Counted from the stretch's first letter, positions 43,873 to 60,789 are shown. The stretch: DNA of 64,000 nucleotides from Eledone cirrhosa (GCA_964016885.1 OZ024740.1:276396001-276460000); one strand, 5' to 3'. Numbers and translations are program-made. The notes: generated from the sequence alone by a model not told the origin.

Positions 43873-44389
43873 GATGCTGATGATGACATTATTGAATAAA
43901 AGCTATAAAAGAAATAAGGAGATTTGTTGACTGCTAAATTCAACATGTTTGAGTGACAATATAGAACCTGCCTTATTATGTGTCTAGTGTTGAGGAGTTT
44001 ATATTGAAAAGTGATGGATAGGTGCAGTGAGGATGGTTAGGTGGAGTAATCAGGTTTTAGCACTGACTACTCCATCCATCCATCCATCCATCCATCCATC
44101 CACCCATTTTCACTGTATCCATCACTTTGTCCACAAACCTACCAGTTTCTATTCTTAGTTTACAGCCATTTTTTTTACATTGCTGACATTTTTAATACTC
44201 TTGGGAAAGATGATGTGTGTGATCATTACATCTGCCTGTGTTACTTTCCATCATTCAAGGTGATTGATGCTAATTCTCTCTATTGATGGATACCACTAAT
44301 TTCCGAAAAAGTCAAGCAGAAAATGCAGACACTTCATCTTTGATTCGATCTATCATAGTCATACAACATGGCTGTAATGATATCATCAT

Positions 44390-44419
<30 letters not shown>

Positions 44420-44420
<1 letters not shown>

Positions 44421-45117
44421 AGTAATATTTTTTAATTTAGGCACAAGGTCAATAGTTTGGGAGGGAAGGAAAAGTTGATTATATCAATCCCAGTACCTGA
44501 CTGGTTCTATATTTTATTGATCTCAGAAGGATGAAAGGTAAAGTTGACATTGGTTAGATTTGAACTCAGAACATAAACAGTCGAAAGAATTACTCTTCAG
44601 AAATTGTCCAAATCTTTAACAACTAATAATAATTGTTTCTACTTTTGGCACAAGGCCAGCAATTACCCAGTGTATTACTGGTACTTTATTTTATCGACCC
44701 CCGTAAAGATGAAAGGCAAAGTTAACCTCAGCAGGATTTGAACTCAGAACATAAAGGACCATAACTCTATACTGCAAAAAATGGTGTCCAACATTCTACC
44801 GATACTGACAATCCGCCACCCTAATAATAATAATATTAATAATAATTGTTTCTACTTTTGGCACAAGGCCAGCAATTATCCCAGTGTATTACTGGTACTT
44901 TATTTTATCGACCCCTTAAGGATGAAAGGCAAAGTTAACCTCGGCGGGTTTTGAACTCAGTCCGTAAAGGGACGTAACTGTGCTGCAAAGCTTGGCGTCC
45001 AACCCTCTACCGATACTGCCAATCCACCGCCTTTAATAATATTAATAATAATGATTTCTGTTTTTGGCTCAAGGCCAGCAATTTTTTTGTGTGATGCTCT
45101 ACTGATACTGCCAATCG
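44420..45117 (-). mobile_element. Head-to-tail cluster of 3-4 SINE family 2 copies
   Basis: Copies ~44420-44622 (old), 44624-44822, 44838-45032 and a deleted copy 45045-45117, separated by (TAA)n. Confidence 0.85.
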
Positions 45118-45469
45118 ATGACAATATATCTACCCAAGAAATGGAAAATTTATCCAAATATAAGATCTAGAGTTAGAAATAACTTGAATGTAGATGATGA
45201 AAATAGAAACAATACTTATAATAATAAGTGCTCTGGGAATGATAAAAAAAACAACACACACACACACACAGACAGACAGATACAAACCTCAGGACTTACA
45301 AATATATACAGCATACACAAAACAACACTACTAGGCACTACACATATATAATGAAGATTACTCTCAATACAATAGAAACGACACCACCAAAAACCACACT
45401 GCACTACCAAGCTATACAGAGCTGTGTTGAGAAATGCTGTGATAATGCTCAATATGAATAACATATAGC

Positions 45470-45494
45470 ATATGTATGTAAGAATGTATGTACG

Positions 45495-45543
<49 letters not shown>

Positions 45544-45905
45544 GTGTGTATGTGTGTGTGTGTGTATGTGTGTGTGTGTATATGTGTGTGTATGTGTATA
45601 TATATGTGTGTGTGTGTATATATATGTGTGTGTGTATATATATGTGTGTGTGTATATATGTGTGTGTGTATATATATGTGTGTGTGTGTGTATATATATG
45701 TGGGTGTGTGTGTGTGTGTGTATATATATATGTGTGTGTATATATATGTGTGTGTGTGTGTATATATGTGTGTGTGTGTGTATATATGTGTGTGTGTGTG
45801 TATATATATGTGTGTGTGTATATATATATATGTGTGTGTGTGTGTATATATATGTATATATATATATATAAGTATGTGTGTGTGTATATATATATGTATA
45901 TATAT
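45470..45905. repeat. (TG)n/(TA)n compound microsatellite
   Basis: Directly visible. Confidence 0.95.
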
Positions 45906-46060
45906 AACAAAGAGGGTGTGGTAAGATACCAGGTGGACCATAATGCACCAGAGTACTCAATACTTGGGGTAGTAGAGTGGGTAATATGAAAAGATTCAGA
46001 ACCCTGACAGCTAGATCCGAGTTCGGATCTAGCTGTTGAAATGGCCAGAGCTCAATCTTT
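45906..46060. repeat. Dispersed repeat with an internal inversion and 14-bp hairpin (Penelope-terminus-like)
   Basis: Homologous to 33050-33140 and 55700-55734; ACAGCTAGATCCGA-GT-TCGGATCTAGCTGT at 46007-46036. Confidence 0.55.
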
Positions 46061-46083
46061 TCATATATATATATATATACATC

Positions 46084-46116
<33 letters not shown>

Positions 46117-46989
46117 GTAATTATACATATGAATGTATGCATAAATTTGCTTGTATTAACGTAAGAATACGTGTATGTTTTTTTTCACTCATGCATGTGT
46201 TGTAAAGATATCTGGAAGGAACACAGAGAAAGATGAACAAGCGACAGAAAATCTCTTGTGTGCTCCAATGATGATATCTTAGACAGGGTACTTAACTCAA
46301 CTTAGCCTGCAGCTAAGACTTGAAAAGACCAGACATTGGAAAGTAGGCAGTGGGAAAAGGTCTCTAAAACCCAAGAAGCTTTTGGTCATATTAATGTTTG
46401 GGTGCAAACTACTAATTTTATGTTACACATGAATGCCTCACAGTATGTATATGTGTGTTTGTATCTGTGTGCATATATATATATATATGTGTGCGTGTGC
46501 GTGTATATATATATATATATATATATATATTTGCCCTATATGAGCGATACACGGTCACCCGACTAACCGTGCCTCAAGTGGGACAACTACCGTCTAACCC
46601 ATGCTAGCGTGGAAAATGGACGTTAAACGAAGATGATGATGATGATGATTTGTATATATTTATGAGTAAATCATAATCATCGTTTAATGTCCATTTTACA
46701 CACTAGCATGGGTTAGACACGTCCTATTAGGTGCGTTGAGTCAGGTGACTGTGTCTTGCTCATATAGAACTGCTTCTGGTTAGGCTTCCATGGCTGGATG
46801 CCCTTCCTTATATATATATATATATTTTTTTTCCCTTATTTATACTAATCTTCCCTTCCATTACATGTATTATTTCCTTAGCCCCTAGTTTACCCTCGTC
46901 TAGATTTTATTTCTGCAACCTCACTAATTCTTCATCTCTGTGTTTGTTTCTCTTTATTATTAGTATTATTATCATTATTATATATAAGA

Positions 46990-47039
<50 letters not shown>

Positions 47040-47345
47040 ATGTGTGTGTGTGTGTGTCCAACCCTTGCAAGCAGGGAAAAGCGGCTGTAAAATGATGATG
47101 ATGATGTGTGTGTGTGTGTACATATGTATATATATGTGTGTGTATTTATACACTTACATACATATATATTCTCTCTCACTCTTTCACTCTGTCTTTCCAT
47201 ACATCCAATTCCACCCTGTCACTTGTCAAAAAATAACTCTCTCCAGTGGTAATTACTTTTGTGTTGTGTTTCAATTAGTCTGTTGGCTTCCAGGCTGTTT
47301 GGATTTGGGAGAGATTTATTCTTCAACTTTACCTCTTCAACATCA

Positions 47346-47395
<50 letters not shown>

Positions 47396-47699
47396 ATTTA
47401 TATTATTTATATTATTTATTTATTTATCTTCTACTTTCTAAAGACAATTTTAAGACTTCAGGCCCCATCACCACCAAAGATATATAGATAAAAAGCTAGT
47501 ATATCTGTGCACGTGTATATGTATATCTATGCATGTGTGTGTATGTATGTATTTTAGTAACTGTTTCATGCATGCATATTTTCAATATATATATCTTTAA
47601 ACATGTATGTATAAATATAAATATGTGTGTGTGTGTGTGTGTGTGCGTGTGAATGACAATGGTGATATAAATATATATATACACATAGTATATGACTCT

Positions 47700-48070
47700 A
47701 ATAGATGTATTGAGCAACACTATGATGGGACTTCAGATGGACATGCATGGAGGCTAAAACTTATATTACACAAAATTTGAAGGGATTAAATTTCTCGGAG
47801 TTCTGTGATGTAGATGACCTGATTATTTGCAACACTAACTTCAGGAACTTCTACTCAGGTGAACACTCAAAAGCAACTTGACTTCTTGCACGTCAGGAAA
47901 CAGAATAGACAGATAGTTGTGAATACAAAATATGAAATCCTTTGCTAGTGAAGAACATATTCCTTGCACCACATTGATTAATTGTTAGTGAATTTAGAAT
48001 ATAAGTTAGACAGGCCCTGAAAATATGACAGTCTTGGGAAGGAAGGTATGGAAGCTGAAAGTTCCCTCAA
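47700..48070 (+). mobile_element. Degenerate RTE apurinic-like endonuclease domain remnant
   Basis: EFCDVDDLIICNTNFR, YSGEHSK, QLDFLHVRKQNRQIVVNTK, LIVSEFRI and RKVWKLK in the expected order with frameshifts. Confidence 0.75.
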
Positions 48071-48230
48071 TTCAAAGAAGTACTAAGTGATGCATATGTC
48101 AAGAAAGTGTTCATAAGTCTTTGGAATATTTTGCTATTTTGCATGTGACTTCAATAGGTTTGTCATTGAGACAATTGAACAACTGGGTGCATATACACCA
48201 TTCTCAATGGGGAAGGCATTGGTGATAATC

Positions 48231-48490
48231 CTTCTTCTTCTTTGCCTACTTATTCCTGAGAGGGTCGTGGGAGCAGAGTCCTCAAACACTCCTTCCAGTG
48301 GGTCTTGTCAGAAGTAACCATCTCCAACTGATCTGGCTGGATCTCCAAGCGTGACTAGCCAAGCTCATGAATATCATCCAACCATCTTGCTCAGGGTCTA
48401 CTCCTGCGTCTCTTGCCAATTGGTTTCGCCTATAAAATCTGTCCAGCAATTTTTACCTGAGACATTCTAACGACATGCTCATAGTATTGA
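48231..48490 (-). mobile_element. Older RTE LINE 3' fragment
   Basis: Homologous to 768-1035. Confidence 0.75.
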
Positions 48491-48571
48491 ATATTGGTGA
48501 CAATCCAATAACTGAAAATCAGTAAAGTAAAGTTTAAACTATAATGTGGGATATGAATCTTGCTTAGAGTT

Positions 48572-48830
48572 CAGTATGGTTGTTAGGGAGTTGGGTCACA
48601 ATCATAAGTTTGTTGGTTCAGTTCCCAAACTGTCTTTGAGCCAGGCAAGTCATGTTGCACCATTTCACTAAGCTGAAAAAAATGGGTACTAGCATCAGCT
48701 GGAAATTAAATTCATAAGGGGCAGGCTTCCCAGCCAGTGGGGAGGAAGGGTTGCATTCTCAGCTGCTTAATGTTATTGAAACTAGGATAAGCTCTGGCCT
48801 GATGAGCCTCAGGGTTGGGAGCAGACATTA
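48572..48830 (+). mobile_element. Old V-SINE-like element
   Basis: Decayed tRNA head, TGTCTTTGAGCCAGGCA body, GAAACTAGGATAAGCTCTGGCCTGATGAGCC 3' region; resemblance is from memory. Confidence 0.45.
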
Positions 48831-48949
48831 ATTATATGTTAAATAATCATATAATCATTCCAGAATGAAGAAGTTAAACAGAATTAAACAAGAAAAAAAA
48901 AATTAAAGTACTTTCAACTATATTTCCTCTTTTTTTTTCTTTTTTTTCT

Positions 48950-49086
48950 TATTTTCTTTTTTTCTTCTTTTTCTTTTTTTTACTCTTCTTCTTCTTCTTC
49001 TTCTTCTTCTTCTTCTTCTTCTTCTTCTTCTTCTTCTTCTTCTTCTTCTTCTTCTTCTTCTTCTTCTTCTTCTTCTTCTTCTTCTT
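48950..49086. repeat. (TTC)n microsatellite
   Basis: Directly visible. Confidence 0.95.
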
Positions 49087-49440
49087 CCAAGTCACCTTGA
49101 CATGACTGGGTGATACACAGATACAACTGTTGTCACTCTCACCATCATCGTTCCCATCCAACTGCACTACACACCATCATCAAAATCACCCCCATCAACA
49201 GCAACAACAACATCCTCATCACAATAATTATCTCTATCTCAAGTGTCAGTGTTGTTGTTGCTTCCATTGTGGTTGATATTTTTCTTGCAAACTGCTCCCT
49301 CCCTCTTTCTCTTCCACACACACACACACACACACATATATATACGCACACACTCACACATATATATACGCACACACTCACACATATATATACATAGGGA
49401 AAAGCGGACGTAAAATGATGATGATGATGATGATGATGAT

Positions 49441-50663
<1,223 letters not shown>

Positions 50664-50961
50664 TACACACACAAATATATATAATATACATGTATATTAT
50701 TCATTACTTATGGTGTCTCTGTTATTGTTTATGTTGGAAAGAATATTTTACCATTGTTTATGTATGACGGAATGATTGTTTAACGAAATATTTATGCCAA
50801 TTCGAGAGATTCACCAAAGTTTGTTTTGAATTTTAAACATTTCTGTCAAGAAAATTTATAGCTTTTTTTTAGAAATATCCTATAATATATCATTATAATA
50901 GTTATTATTATTATTTTTATCATTGTTGTTGTAGTTATTGTTATTATTATCACTACCACCA

Positions 50962-51190
50962 GGGCAGGGGATTGGCAGTATCGGTAAAGCGTCGGACAAA
51001 ATGCTTTGTGGCATAGAGTTAAGATACTTTATGTTCTGAGTTCAAATAACGCCTAAGTTAGCTTCGCCTTTCATCCTTACAAGCTCGATAAAATAAAGCA
51101 CCAGTAATGCACTGAGGTTGATTTAATCGGCTTTCCCCTCCCCTTCAAATTGCTGGCCTTGTGCCTAAAGTACAAACAATTATTATAATA
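50962..51190 (+). mobile_element. SINE family 2 (longer, older subfamily)
   Basis: A/B boxes and core with an extra GATTTAATCGGCTTTCCCCTCCC segment. Confidence 0.8.
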
Positions 51191-51450
51191 ATATGATAAG
51201 GAAATTATTGTGTACAGTGCTCAGGTGCACTACAACTCATCAAAGGTGCATGTATAGTACGTAGAATAATGTACAAATGACAGAAAAATGAACAGTGTAT
51301 GAGTCATGATATATATGTGTGTGTGTGTGTGTATGGAGGGGAGATATTAGGTGTAGTGTTGGTGAATTTCAGGAAGCATGGAGGTTTTAAAGGATGCAGT
51401 GTCTCGGCAGCTAACAACTGATGCAGATAGTTTGTTCCATGTTTCAGCAG
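51190..51450 (-). mobile_element. CR1/L2-group LINE 3' fragment
   Basis: Inverted homolog of 23563-23835. Confidence 0.75.
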
Positions 51451-51993
51451 CAATTACTACCACTACTACTACTACTGGTTTTTAGAATAGGTACAATGTA
51501 TCCCTGCATGTTGGAAACTAAAAGGGTATCATCAGGAAGGGCATCTAGCTAAGTATGGTCTCAGTTATATATATATATATTAGGAAGGGCATCCAGCTGT
51601 AGAAATCAAGCCAGAATCAGTTCCCGTCCCACCCTTGCAAGCAGGGAAAAAGCGGACGTAAAATGAAATGATGATGATGATGATGATATATATATATATA
51701 TATAAATATATATGACATGACTCCCTTAATTTAATTTTATATATATATATATATGAAAAACATGGGGAGAAGAATACTGCATGGTTGCACATGGATTACA
51801 TATTATAAAATTAGTCCCTCATCAGTGATTTGCCAACCATCATTGGTATTTCATCGCATTAAAAATCAGATACCTCAGGTTGGTGCGAGCAATAACTAAA
51901 ATAAGCTATTGGGACAAGCGAAACGCGTAAAGCGAGTGAGACAAGTAAACAACAGAAGGAAAAGCAAACCGAAGGTTGGGAAAACAGAAAGCA

Positions 51994-52033
<40 letters not shown>

Positions 52034-52892
52034 GTCATATCGTTTTTTCCATCCACTTTTCCATTCTGGTATGGGTTGGTTGGGATGTTTTGCCAACATT
52101 GTATCCTCTCCTGTTTCTAGTTGTAGGATTTTTATTCTTATTAGTTTATCGACTCTCTTTGCTGTCCTAATCAAATGCCACTCTATTGTTTTCCTCTGTC
52201 TCATATACATTTATCCTGTGGTTTCTTCAAGCTGTTGTATAACCTCTACTTAATATTATGCAATCCACCACAGGTGTTCCTTTTATTCTCCAAATCATTC
52301 TCATTTCGGTGATTTCCAAGATGTTTTCCTCCTTTGTTCTTAAAGTCCACATTTAAAGTATATTAGCATAAGCTTTTGGTGTCAGATTAAATGTCATTTA
52401 GTGTTTAGTTCCATCAGTTCTCCTGAAAGCTGATAAAGTTAAAATTTCACAAAGGTTAATTTTATCTTCTATCCAGCAGAGTTCAATGAAGAGATTACCT
52501 GCAGAGCTCTGGGCTTATTCTACCAACAATATACCCACCTCTGCTATCAATTTGTGACTTTGGACGAATGAAAGAAATTAAAATTATATATTTTTAGGCT
52601 TTTTGTTTCAGTGTTGCTCGCAAAAGACTTTTCCTGACTGTTTTGTGTATTACATGTACTTGCAAATTATATGTAATATACTGCTGCTACTACTTATAGT
52701 ATATATGAATTAAATTTTGTAAATTTCATAATTGTATAATTATTCTCAAATGAATTGCCTCACCCAAAATGTTCATGTCTATTTCTTTTTTCTTATGGCA
52801 CCGTCAACATATCCAGCTTTTTTTCTAAATATATTTCTCTGTCCCATTATCTGAATAATAGCCAACACTGTTTCTACATGGTCTCTCAATCT

Positions 52893-53107
52893 TTAACCCT
52901 TTAGCATTTAAACTGGCCATATCTGGACAGAATTCTCTCACCTCTTTCTGTTCAAACCGGCCATAACTGGCCACTCATACCAACGTTAAGGTATTGTTCT
53001 CAATCAGAAAAGTCTCGTAGATTCAATATTGTGTAAGATAATTATGTGAGATAAAGCCTTTACCGTGAAAATGCAATAGTAGATTAATGTAAATGCTAAA
53101 GTGTTAA
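52893..53107 (-). mobile_element. piggyBac-type MITE family 1
   Basis: TTAA-CCCTTTAGCATTTA...TAAATGCTAAAGTG-TTAA, internal sequence inverted relative to other copies. Confidence 0.9.
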
Positions 53108-53740
53108 AACTAGCAGACTAAATGGTCACTCAATCAATAGAAATAGCAGCCAGTTTTCCCTCATGTCACCACTGAAATAAGAAATATGCACTATGTTCAA
53201 TAAGCATTTACCTACTAAACAACAACAAATGCAGCAGTAACATACAAAACAAGTTAAAAGGTGTAACAATAAATACATAAGCCTTATATATAACTTAATT
53301 TGAATGTTCTCTACTTCCTGGTTAATGTGAGTGGACATTGGGAAGCCCTGGATTAGAGTAGCATTGGGTGAGCAGAAGCTTGCCTATCAGGAGGATCACT
53401 TTATATATATATATACATATATACACACACACACACACATATATATTTCATTGCTGATTTTTCTTAGTGTTGATGTCGTTAAGTACAAGGTGTAAGGTAT
53501 ATATATATATATATGTATATGAGCAAGGCCTATAAGAGGGACAGGATCAGTTGGTACATCAGTACAGGTACCCTGAGAGGCATGAAGGAACCCTTGAAAA
53601 TCTAAAGCCTTCCCCCCTGTAAAAATATCTCAAACCCCATGATTTTTAAGAGGAGGTTCTCCTCCTCAACATGGCACTAAATTAGGCCTTGTTCCTTCCT
53701 TCAAAACTTCTCAGTGTGTATGTGCATTTGTATATATGTT

Positions 53741-54073
53741 ATTTCATCCGCTTTACGTTCGCTTTTTCCCTGCTTGCAAGGGTGGGATGGGAACTGATTC
53801 TGGCTTGATTTCTACAGCTGGATGCCCTTCCTAACACCAACCTCATTTACAGTGAGTGGTGGGTGTTTTTTGCCGTGGCACCTCCACGACCACTTTACAG
53901 TGGAATGATATGGACCCCAGTCCCTATCATCTCATTTCTACAGCTGAGTAAACTGGAGCAATGTGAAATAAAGTGTCTTGCTCAAGGAAACAACACATCA
54001 CTCGGTCTGAGAATTGAACTCACAATCTTTCGATTGCAAGGCCAATGCTCTAACCACTAAGCCACGTGCCTCC
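53741..54073 (-). mobile_element. SINE family 1
   Basis: Same structure as other copies. Confidence 0.9.
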
Positions 54074-54302
54074 ATATGGAGGTTTAACAACTGAAAAGGT
54101 GTATGTGATGATCTAAACTGAATAAAGATTTACTGGACCCCTTCAGTTTCTCCATTAGCTCTATCAGATAAGCATCAAAATCCAACAACATATGTCTGCT
54201 TAATTTGTTGTCTTGATGTTTATGACATGTGTATATATATATATATATATATATAATTATGGATATATGTGTGCATGTATATATGGATATAGATATATAT
54301 AT

Positions 54303-54350
<48 letters not shown>

Positions 54351-54491
54351 TTATATATATATATATATAAATGGATGTATATATATATATGTGTGTGTAG
54401 TGTGTATACATATATATATATATATATATCCATGCAAGCATGAAAAAGCAGACGCAAATACGACTTTATATATGTATACATACATACATAC

Positions 54492-54530
<39 letters not shown>

Positions 54531-54944
54531 ACACACACACACACATGCAAATATGTGTGGACAGGAGAGGCATAAGAAAACAGAATTACACATACACACA
54601 CACACTCACACACACATAAAAAAACTTCTAAACATATAAAATAAATAAAAATGAAAACAACTGAGACTTTCTGGGGATGTGCTGTGTTTTCCATTTGGTA
54701 GCACTAAACATTCCACAATACTTTCTACAGAAGAAATGTCAACTTGTCAAAGCAAAAGAAAATCTAAGAACCACCTCATAACAGCTGTTTTATTTTATAT
54801 ATTAGCTTTATTTATTTAGCTAGTTGGTTAGTAAAGGACTCACAGCATCATTTATAAATACACATACACATAGACATACATAGCTCTCTGTGTGTGTGTG
54901 TGTGAGTGTGTGTGTATATGTGAGTGTGTGTGAGTGAGTGTGTA

Positions 54945-54987
<43 letters not shown>

Positions 54988-55032
54988 AAATGTAAATGTA
55001 TCTATACATTTATCTTGCAACATATATATGTA

Positions 55033-55094
<62 letters not shown>

Positions 55095-55203
55095 CATACA
55101 TACATATATACATATATATGTCGCATATGTATGTATATATATCATCATCATCATCGTTATATATATAATTGAAATGTAAATGTATTTATATAATTTTTTA
55201 TTG

Positions 55204-55251
<48 letters not shown>

Positions 55252-55594
55252 ATATGTATATATGTATATGTATATATGTATATATTATATATATATATAT
55301 ATATATGCATGTATGTATGTGTGTGTGTGTGTAAACAATGAAATCATAGCTATTAAATTATGATTTACACACACATTATATACATATAGAAATGTTTTCG
55401 TACGTACATATGTGTGTGAGCCTTCATATACATTTGATTTCGTATTTTCCCCTTTCATTTTGTCTTACACCTTAACTGCCCCCTTTCTCCTCCCAAGAAG
55501 TTTATGAACTAGGTTTTTAACAGCACACACACACACACACACACTCATACATATGTTCATATATATATATACCTACACATACGTATATATACAT

Positions 55595-55676
<82 letters not shown>

Positions 55677-55754
55677 AAGTTTGGATTTTGGTGCCGAAAT
55701 AGCCAGAGCTCAGCTGTCGGGGTCCTGAATCTTTATATATATATATATATCTAT

Positions 55755-56056
55755 GGAGGCACATGGCTTAGTGGTTAGAGCATTGGCCTTACAATCGAAA
55801 GGTTGTGAGTTCAATTCTCAGACCGGGTGATGTGTTGTTTCCTTGAGCAAGACACTTTATTTCACATTGCTCCAGTTTACTCAGCTGTAGAAATGAGATG
55901 ATAGGGACTGGAGTCCCTATCATTCCACTGCAAAGTGGTCGTGGAGGTGCCACGGCAAAAAAGCACCCAGCACTCACTGTAAATGAGGTTGGTGTTAGGA
56001 AGGGCATCCAGCTGTAGAAATCAAGCCAGAATCAGTAAAATGAAATGAGGATGAAT
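55755..56056 (+). mobile_element. SINE family 1 lacking the terminal hairpin segment
   Basis: AATCAGT joins directly to AAAATGAAATG; ~37 bp missing between two GT dinucleotides. Confidence 0.9.
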
Positions 56057-56183
56057 GTTTATATTATATATATATATGTCATCATCATCATCATCATCGT
56101 TTAACGTCCATCTTCCATGCTAGCATGGGTTAGACGGTTTTCTTCTATTTGATGCGGGATTGGTCGGGAGACACACAGACATA

Positions 56184-57192
56184 TATCATCATCATCATCA
56201 TCATCATCAACGTTTAACGTCCGTGTTCCACGCTTGCATGGGTTTGGACGGGAGTTTTCCCACTTGAGGCAAGAGTGGTTGTCTTGCTCGCATAGGACTG
56301 TCTGGCGGGTTTTCTACAGTTGGATGCCCTTCCTAACACCAACCACATTTACAGTGTGGGGCTGGGAGGTTTTTACCGTGTTGCCTACACGGCCACATTA
56401 CAGCGTGGACTGTCTGGCAGGTTTTCTACAGCTGGATGCCCTTCCTAACACCAACCACATTTACAGTGTGGGTCTGGGAGGTTTTTACCGTGTTGCCTAC
56501 ACGGCCACATTACAGCGTGGACTGTCTGGCAGGTTTTCTACAGTTGGATGCCCTTCCTAACACCAACCACATTTACAGTGTGGGTCTGGGAGGTTTTTAC
56601 CGTGTTGCCTACACGGCCACATTACAGCGTGGACTGTCTGGCAGGTTTTCTACAGCTGGATGCCCTTCCTAACACCAACCACATTTACAGTGTGGGGCTG
56701 GGAGGTTTTTACCGTGTTGCCTACACGGCCACATTACAGCGTGGACTGTGTGTTTTTTTGTCGTGACACCGACATGATCTCATTTGTTTCGGCCTGGATG
56801 GTGTGGCACCAACATAACTTTACATAGAATGGGGCGGTGTGGATGGGGGTGGGGGTGGTGGGACGGGGGTGTATTTTGTTAGAGATGCCGACTGACTGTA
56901 GTAGGATTTACTATATATTTAGGTAAGGAGGGCTTCTCTATTACTGAGTACCGCCAAAGGTCTCGGTCCAGTGACATTGTCTTGGTGAGGTGTAAGGTCG
57001 GAGTTTATCAGCTCGTCCCAGGTTTTTCTGGGTCTGCCTACTCCGTGACTACCGTCTATCTTTATTGCCCTGCACTTTGTTATACAGCTATCGTCCTTCA
57101 TGCGCATCACGTGACCATACCAACGTAGCCTTCTCTCTAGTAAACAACATCTGATCCCTCTAATTTCTAATTTTTTCCTTAGTTCGTTTATG

Positions 57193-57193
<1 letters not shown>
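56184..57193 (-). mobile_element. RTE LINE copy C (5'-truncated, more diverged, four 112-bp 3'UTR units)
   Basis: Same ORF end as copies A/B with an 8-bp deletion; units 56299-56410, 56411-56522, 56523-56634, 56635-56746. Confidence 0.95.
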
Positions 57194-57253
<60 letters not shown>

Positions 57254-57413
57254 TATATATATATATATATATACACACACCTATTTGTATTATATTTTCT
57301 GTTTCTTTCTTCCTCTGTAACTATTTCTTCCTTCTACGTGGCCAGAGATTCGGATTTCATAGCAGATTCTTTTATATCTCCTCACTCTCTTATTCTAAAC
57401 CCCCCCCCCCCAT

Positions 57414-59531
<2,118 letters not shown>

Positions 59532-59936
59532 ATAGTCATTTCCTTTGTTTGGTATGGTTTTCCAGTATCCTTCTGTTTTGCCTGTCACTTTAAAACCAAT
59601 TCCATCTTAATTAAAATAAACTCTCTCTACCCCTGCCACCTCTCTCTCTCTCTCTCTCACACCCACACATACACACATGCATACAGATAATCACACATAT
59701 TAGCACTCTGTTATTCATACCCAATACACACTTCATCTCCCCAACCACTGCCTCCTCTTTTCATCTTTTATAAAGTTAACTTCTCATTTTTCCAATTTCA
59801 CCTTTCTTGCTTAATATAAAGTAAACAATGAAGCTTAGAGAGAAGGAGAGAGAGAGAGAATGCGTGAATGTTTATTAGTGAAATGGTGATATAATCCAAA
59901 CACACACACATATATATATATGTATATATATATATA

Positions 59937-59984
<48 letters not shown>

Positions 59985-60082
59985 ATATCATCATCATTTA
60001 AACGTCTATCTTCCACGCTAGCATGGGTTAGACGCGTTTGTCTCATGAGAAGCAAGTTAGGTCAGGTGACCGTGTCTCGTTC

Positions 60083-60124
<42 letters not shown>

Positions 60125-60286
60125 TCATCACCGATATACGTCAATGTTTCCAAGCTAGCATGGGTTAGACGGGTTGTCCTGTTGTGGGCAATGCCAGGTC
60201 AAGTGACCATGTCTTGCTCATACACAGAGATACAAAAACAATTAGTGTTATTATGTTCATGTTTTGGATGGAAGTGAGGAAAGAAG

Positions 60287-60320
60287 TTCAACGTATCGGA
60301 CAATAGTCCTTCGTCAGGAA
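60287..60320 (-). ncRNA. Minimal type I hammerhead ribozyme motif, one core substitution (Penelope-like element remnant)
   Basis: TTC-CTGACGA-A-GGAC-TATT-GTCC-GATAC-GT-T-GAA: stems I and II intact, palindromic ACGT stem III, GAAA core changed to GATA. Confidence 0.6.
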
Positions 60321-60789
60321 AGTACAAGTAGATATAGAAAATAAAAAAAATTGAAAATAGAGTACATATGAGAGCTTGTGTTTTCAATTTTTTATGTGTA
60401 TCACCGTATATATTGGTGTAATGGTTTATACAGTGTTTGTGATGGTGTCTAAGTGTGTTTGACTATATTAACATAGTGTTGTTTGTCTGTCTAGGTATCA
60501 AATCTAAAAGAAATTATTATTGACAAATATGTATCTGTTTATTATGTATTCATTCATAAATAAAACCCACGAAATTCAACTTGAAGGTGGTCAGCTGAAG
60601 TTAAAATAAGCAAAAAAATCAGTTAAGTTGTACATTTTTCTTTCATATAGAAATGACTTCTACAGGACTAGATCTACATGACTAGACTATATATATATAC
60701 TGAAGTAAAACTTACTTAGTTATCACACTGTACTCATTCTGTGTGTGTTGAGTATGTGTTTGTATCATCATCTCACTAGTGCATAATAT

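Noticed and set aside
48795-48815. CTGATGAG hammerhead-like cores here and at 25054 and 25152
   Set aside because: No stem II followed by GAAA; two of them lie in SINE 3' regions
53126-53190. Minus-strand exon-like sequence (ttcAG|TGGTGACATGAGGGAAAACTGGCTGCTATTTC)
   Set aside because: Matches an old dispersed repeat tail also seen near 6765, 41625 and 41978
56299-56746. CRISPR-like appearance of regular repeats (also 370-730 and 20850-22030)
   Set aside because: Whole units repeat without unique spacers, there are no cas genes, the context is eukaryotic, and the units belong to a LINE 3'UTR or minisatellite
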